In this document: in pieces, positions 59,698-64,000 of the stretch
How the letters are laid out: every line of letters starts with the position of its first letter
Numbering within the stretch: the first letter of the stretch is position 1
Assembly: GCA_965216565.1 (NCBI GenBank)
Contig: OZ244170.1
Coordinates: forward strand, 3,136,001-3,200,000
Source: Bythopirellula sp.
GTDB lineage: Bacteria > Planctomycetota > Planctomycetia > Pirellulales > Lacipirellulaceae
Length of the DNA stretch: 64,000 bases
Direction: 5' to 3'
Translations under genes and position numbers: made by a program
Notes under the pieces: generated by a model
Databases searched by the model: none
What the model was told of the DNA's origin: nothing
What the model saw: only the letters and a program-made list of their open reading frames with translations

Positions 59698-62600
59698 ATG
59701 CGCCATTTCCCTTCGTGCTGGAACAAAACCCTCGCCCAACTTGGCTTCCGAAGAACTCGACGAAATGTGAAGCGCAAGCGGAACGAATTCAAGCGTTCTT
59801 CACGAATCGAGAGCTTAGAAGCCCGGCAAATGCTCACTGCCAACTTTGACTACTTGGTTGACACGTTGATCGATGAACTCGATCAGAGTACGAGCGATGG
59901 TGATGTATCTCTTCGCGATGCACTCTATGCGGCCGCGAATGACAATGAGAATGACGTTGATATCATCGCCTTCGCTCCCCACTTGGCTGGTGGCACGATC
60001 GAACTCGACGGTGAGCTGAACGAATTGTTGATCGAAAGTGACGTACACATTGTTGGACTCGGCGCGGGACTACTGACGATCGACGCTTCCGGCAAGGCGA
60101 CGGATCACCAGCGTGCGTTCTCCGTTGCCTCGGGTAGTTCGGTAGCGATTAGCAATCTCACCGTCACAGGCGGTTACGAAGTTCTGGGCGGCGCAATCTA
60201 CGCTGCAGAGGCCAACGTCACTCTGTCGGACGTATCGCTTACTGGAAATTTCAGCACAGACTCCGGCGGAGCAATTGCTGCCGTGAATAGCACTCTCGTC
60301 TTACAAGACAGCAGTGTCATTGGCAACGAATCCGCAGGATCAACGGGCGGCATCTTCTTCAATTACAACTCTAATTCATTGAGCAACGAAAGCTTGCTAA
60401 TCGATAGCAGCACCATCGAGGGCAACATCTCGGCAGGTGCCGCAGGCGGCGTGAGACTTCACAGCAGCGGCGGGTCCACGGGAAGCCCTCGCAATGTGCA
60501 GATTCTCGATTCACGTCTGTCGCACAATCAGGCGCAAACACAAGGCGGAGCGATTTTCGCTAATTCAGGTTTCGACTTTTTAATCGACCAATCTACGGTT
60601 GTCGACAACCAGGCACTCACTAGCCATGGTGGCGGAATCTATGTGGATGGATCAGATGCGACAATTGCCGACTCACAGATTTCGGCTAATCAGGCTGCCG
60701 CAGGATCGGGGGGCGGCATCTACGGGAAGAACTCCGGTTCGTTTGAGATCACCTCGAGTACCGTCTCAAAGAATGTGGCGCTCGTCGGCGCCGGGATCTA
60801 TAAAGTCCTTGAGGGCGACGATTACTTCCACGTGACTGGCAGCTCAATTCTCTCCAACCGAGCTGAACACGATTCGCTCGCTACCTCGGCAGCAGGCATT
60901 TACGTCGATGGCGGTTCGTCGACAGGCAATAGTCGTGAGTTCTCGCTAGTGAATTCCACAGTGGCACTCAACCTGAGCCGAGCGACGTCTGCCACCTCCA
61001 CCGTCGACAATACCGTCGGAGCCATCACACTCAATAACATCGCTGTCGCCACGATCAAGAACTCGACCATCTCTAGTAATTCTGCGGAGGACTTTGACGG
61101 GGCAATCCGAATTGCAAATTCCGGGACGGTGACGCTCGTGAACACAACAATCACCGCGAACGAGAGCCTGGGAGACACTTGGGGAGCAATTCATAGCATC
61201 AATTCGACGGTAGTCGCCCATAACACAATTGTGGCAGATAATTCGTCGAATGGTCCGAATGGCGATGTCGATCTTTCCGATCTACGCGCTGATAGTTCTC
61301 ACAATATCTTTGGCAAGAACGTTGGCGATCTCTCAGCCCTCCATGGAGATGGCAACCTCAAACTTCATTCAATTCCAGAACTCGGCCCTTCAGATCTCGG
61401 TCTATCGGAACTCGGCGACCATGGTGGTCCAACCTGGACCCATGTGCCGCTACCTGGGTCACCAGCAATCGATGCCGGTGACTGGCTTCTCGCTCGCGAC
61501 GCATATGGGTTGCTTGGCGATCAGCGAGGATTCGTTCGCTTAGCAGAGGTAGGCATCGACATTGGTTCCGCCGAGCTTACTTGGTCTATCTTCGACAACG
61601 CAGATTTTAATGGCGATGGGCGAATGGATGAGATGCGATACGACACAACCACAGGGAACCTGTCTGTCCTGTCTAAAACAACTGAGAGCCACTGGGTCGG
61701 TTCTTGGGGGGTACTAGATCCTACGAAGCAGTGGACTGGTGCCACCGCCGGAGATTTCAACGGGGACGGCCGTGACGACTTCCTGGTCCAAGAATCTATC
61801 TCCGGAGAATGGACAATTGCGCTATCCGAAGGCTCACACTTTCTGGTCCAGGCGCTGAACTTGTCGACGAATTGGAACGCGCAGCGGCTATTCGTCGGCG
61901 ACTTCGATGGCGACGGTGCCGATGAACTGCTTGGTCGCGCAACGGAGAATTCCAACTGGGGTCTGCTCGATTACGATGATCCGTCAGGCGCGACGATCAA
62001 CCTCAACGTCGGTGCATCGCTCCAGAACTCGACGTTTCTCGGCAACATCTTCGTCGGTGATGCCAACCAAGACGGACACGACGATCTGATTGCCAGTGTT
62101 AGTCCAACCGATGCCGCTTCGACAGCAGACAATAGCATCGATTGGGAAGTGAGTCTCTCGCTCATTGACACCAACGACAATGTCGATCTCCAGAGCGAGC
62201 AGAATTGGAACGACTGGTTCGATGCCCACTTCGACAATCAAACTGGTATCCAAAAGATTGATGCCGACGCTGCGTACCGAGACATCGTTGCGATCTTTGC
62301 CAATGCCTACAACACGCTGGAACTCGAACTCTACCCCGGCTTGATGAAAGGCCCGGAAGCCACGGACCTAACTCTAGCAGGAAACCCTTGGGATCAGGCA
62401 GCTCTACTAGTCCAGAATTTCGAACAGGCAGGGATTAGTGCCAGAATCGTGACCGGTCAGATTGATGTAAAAGCAGAGGAGCTCGAAGCGTGGCTTGGCG
62501 TTAGCACTACGGGTGCTGCATATAGTGCGATTGCTAGTGCGCTGGACGCAGGCGCAATGCCGCTCGACGCTGCCGGGAACGATCTGCGAGATCCTAATAA

Positions 62601-64000
62601 CCCACATCTTAACGGAATTCTTGCCACCCTCTACGCCAAGAGCATCCAATTCAATCACGCCTGGGTACAAGCACACCTCCCCACCGCCGACGGCTCCTGG
62701 CAGTGGCTCGATCTCGATCCTTCTTGGAAGCACCGCGAGCAGCGCACCCCGATCGATATTAGCGCCTTGGACGACGGAGACGGCCTGGGCATCTTCGATG
62801 AGTTTGACTATCTCTCGCTCCCCGCAGGCAACCAGCAACTGCCGCTGGAATTCTTCGAAGATCAGGTAATGCAATACCTGGCAAGCCAGGGCCTGGGCCA
62901 GTCCTTAGCCGACCTCTCCCAAGTCGGACCAATTATCCAGCAGCACTTCGAGACGTTTCCAACTGGGCTTGCCGAAGGCGTGGCAATCGTTGGTGCCATC
63001 ACCGACCTGGGTGACTTCGATAACATTGTTGATACGCAGAGTCTGGCTGATCTCTATACGCATCAAGTGAGGTTGGCTGCACAAAGAATTACCAATTTGC
63101 CAGATTATGAACTGAGTTTGAGCGACTTGGATCCGATCTCCTTACTTTCCTACGCTGGGCTTGATCATGTCGTTGACCCAACCGCGGATTCCTTTTCATT
63201 CAATCCCGACCCAACCAAGTTCATTTCGTATAACCCTGTCCAGGGGGCAGGCACTTTTGACTATGGGCCCCATGAGCCGAGCCCAGATACCTCTTTCGAT
63301 AGTGAATCAGACTTTGGCTTCTACACAGGCTTCGAGAAGAGCACAACGACTATCGAAGAAACGAACGTACCGATAAGCACTTCTGATCAACTAGACTCCT
63401 ACGGAATCGACGGGTCTGTTAGGACTCATATCGACTTTGCCGGGAAGACGTTGTATCCCATCTTGCCGGAACAATATCCTACTTATTCTTCAGTTGACTT
63501 CGGGGTATCCAACTATGCACCCTTGGCACCAGTCAATGATGCCGATCTAAACGACAGTAATGTACAGTCTGCTACGATCGATGGCCTTGGGAATCAGACA
63601 ATCACACTCACCACCTCAGCGGACGACCCTGCTATTGCAAGTGCAGTGGACATCCCAGATTATCAGATTACGGCAGACACCCGACTTAGCTTTGTCTTCG
63701 ATAGAGCGATCCGTGGCTCACTCCATGGAATAGGATGGTCTTCTGTCTCCTCTGGATTCCCAGTTCTGAGCAGCGACCCCCACCAGTTCTTTCGGTTGAC
63801 TGGATTCTACGGCAAACAATCTAGTATCTACGGTCATGCTGATTCTGAATTCACTGTCACTAGTGTTATCGACACAATGAACCCACTGTTCGATGTCACT
63901 TGGCTCGGAGGAACACGATACAAGTATGAAATTGAATTAGGGCATTCTGAATACAACTTTACGGGGACAGAGGAGATTAGTCATCTCGTGTTCTTCACCG
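59698..64000 (+). CDS. Giant secreted multidomain protein, 3'-partial (LExRxML leader, CSLREA-like, beta-helix GGAI repeats, choice-of-anchor Q, FG-GAP repeats, transglutaminase-like)
   Basis: Frame 1, read by hand, is open from ATG 59698 to the window end (~1,434 codons). Motifs: 'IESLEARQML', 'VSLRDAL', repeated 'GGAI/GGGIY', 'GDHGGPTWTHVPLPGSPAIDAG..DQRG..DIGSAE', four 'DFNGDG'-type motifs, 'YPGLMKG..T..GNPWDQAALL..HAWV..W.DLDPSWK'. Confidence 0.88.
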   Translation, partial: MRHFPSCWNKTLAQLGFRRTRRNVKRKRNEFKRSSRIESLEARQMLTANFDYLVDTLIDELDQSTSDGDVSLRDALYAAANDNENDVDIIAFAPHLAGGTIELDGELNELLIESDVHIVGLGAGLLTIDASGKATDHQRAFSVASGSSVAISNLTVTGGYEVLGGAIYAAEANVTLSDVSLTGNFSTDSGGAIAAVNSTLVLQDSSVIGNESAGSTGGIFFNYNSNSLSNESLLIDSSTIEGNISAGAAGGVRLHSSGGSTGSPRNVQILDSRLSHNQAQTQGGAIFANSGFDFLIDQSTVVDNQALTSHGGGIYVDGSDATIADSQISANQAAAGSGGGIYGKNSGSFEITSSTVSKNVALVGAGIYKVLEGDDYFHVTGSSILSNRAEHDSLATSAAGIYVDGGSSTGNSREFSLVNSTVALNLSRATSATSTVDNTVGAITLNNIAVATIKNSTISSNSAEDFDGAIRIANSGTVTLVNTTITANESLGDTWGAIHSINSTVVAHNTIVADNSSNGPNGDVDLSDLRADSSHNIFGKNVGDLSALHGDGNLKLHSIPELGPSDLGLSELGDHGGPTWTHVPLPGSPAIDAGDWLLARDAYGLLGDQRGFVRLAEVGIDIGSAELTWSIFDNADFNGDGRMDEMRYDTTTGNLSVLSKTTESHWVGSWGVLDPTKQWTGATAGDFNGDGRDDFLVQESISGEWTIALSEGSHFLVQALNLSTNWNAQRLFVGDFDGDGADELLGRATENSNWGLLDYDDPSGATINLNVGASLQNSTFLGNIFVGDANQDGHDDLIASVSPTDAASTADNSIDWEVSLSLIDTNDNVDLQSEQNWNDWFDAHFDNQTGIQKIDADAAYRDIVAIFANAYNTLELELYPGLMKGPEATDLTLAGNPWDQAALLVQNFEQAGISARIVTGQIDVKAEELEAWLGVSTTGAAYSAIASALDAGAMPLDAAGNDLRDPNNPHLNGILATLYAKSIQFNHAWVQAHLPTADGSWQWLDLDPSWKHREQRTPIDISALDDGDGLGIFDEFDYLSLPAGNQQLPLEFFEDQVMQYLASQGLGQSLADLSQVGPIIQQHFETFPTGLAEGVAIVGAITDLGDFDNIVDTQSLADLYTHQVRLAAQRITNLPDYELSLSDLDPISLLSYAGLDHVVDPTADSFSFNPDPTKFISYNPVQGAGTFDYGPHEPSPDTSFDSESDFGFYTGFEKSTTTIEETNVPISTSDQLDSYGIDGSVRTHIDFAGKTLYPILPEQYPTYSSVDFGVSNYAPLAPVNDADLNDSNVQSATIDGLGNQTITLTTSADDPAIASAVDIPDYQITADTRLSFVFDRAIRGSLHGIGWSSVSSGFPVLSSDPHQFFRLTGFYGKQSSIYGHADSEFTVTSVIDTMNPLFDVTWLGGTRYKYEIELGHSEYNFTGTEEISHLVFFT

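Noticed and set aside
59567..59770. 67-aa ORF in the track ending at 59770
   Set aside because: Overlaps the leader of the giant frame-1 ORF (ATG 59698) and has no recognisable features.
54744..64000. Genomic island integrated at tRNA-Asn (or at tRNA-Pro)
   Set aside because: No integrase and no duplicated tRNA 3' end seen within the window.
1..64000. CRISPR arrays, IS transposases, prophage, rRNA or defence systems
   Set aside because: No regularly spaced repeats or recognisable genes of these types were seen by eye.

Overview
Gene-dense chromosomal window that looks planctomycete-like, probably Pirellulales/Lacipirellulaceae. That assignment is inferred from DUF1559, five PEP-CTERM proteins (four with a GDFxxDGxVDGxDFLxWQ-type motif) and an LExRxML export motif. 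In order it holds: the end of a GldG-type/DUF4340 ABC-associated pair; a PEP-CTERM GH25 muramidase; an operon of an FHA-GAF sigma54 activator, a PaaK-like ligase and DUF971; tRNA-Pro(CGG). Next is a ~19 kb glycan-utilisation locus (two GHL10/DUF187 hydrolases, a secreted FAD oxidoreductase, an SSS symporter, two Gfo/Idh/MocA enzymes, a motif-divergent AnmK, an XylR-type activator, two paralogous PEP-CTERM proteins, DUF1559 plus lipoprotein, a sugar porter and a Cys-less ROK kinase). Its two arms share a 31-bp motif at identical distance from a -10-like hexamer. The middle has stress and housekeeping genes and an unannotated 30-aa ORF behind a structured leader. Then come a membrane adenylate cyclase, a Cys-rich TolC-like lipoprotein and a DevB-DevC-DevC-DevA exporter whose ATPase carries a cNMP-binding domain. 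The right part has STAS/RsbW, tRNA-Asn(GTT) abutted by a frameshifted GIY-YIG pseudogene, an NhaC-family transporter and a PEP-CTERM EEP enzyme. The window ends in a >1,400-aa secreted multidomain protein, absent from the ORF track, that runs off the right edge. All calls are from reading motifs by eye; no searches were run.
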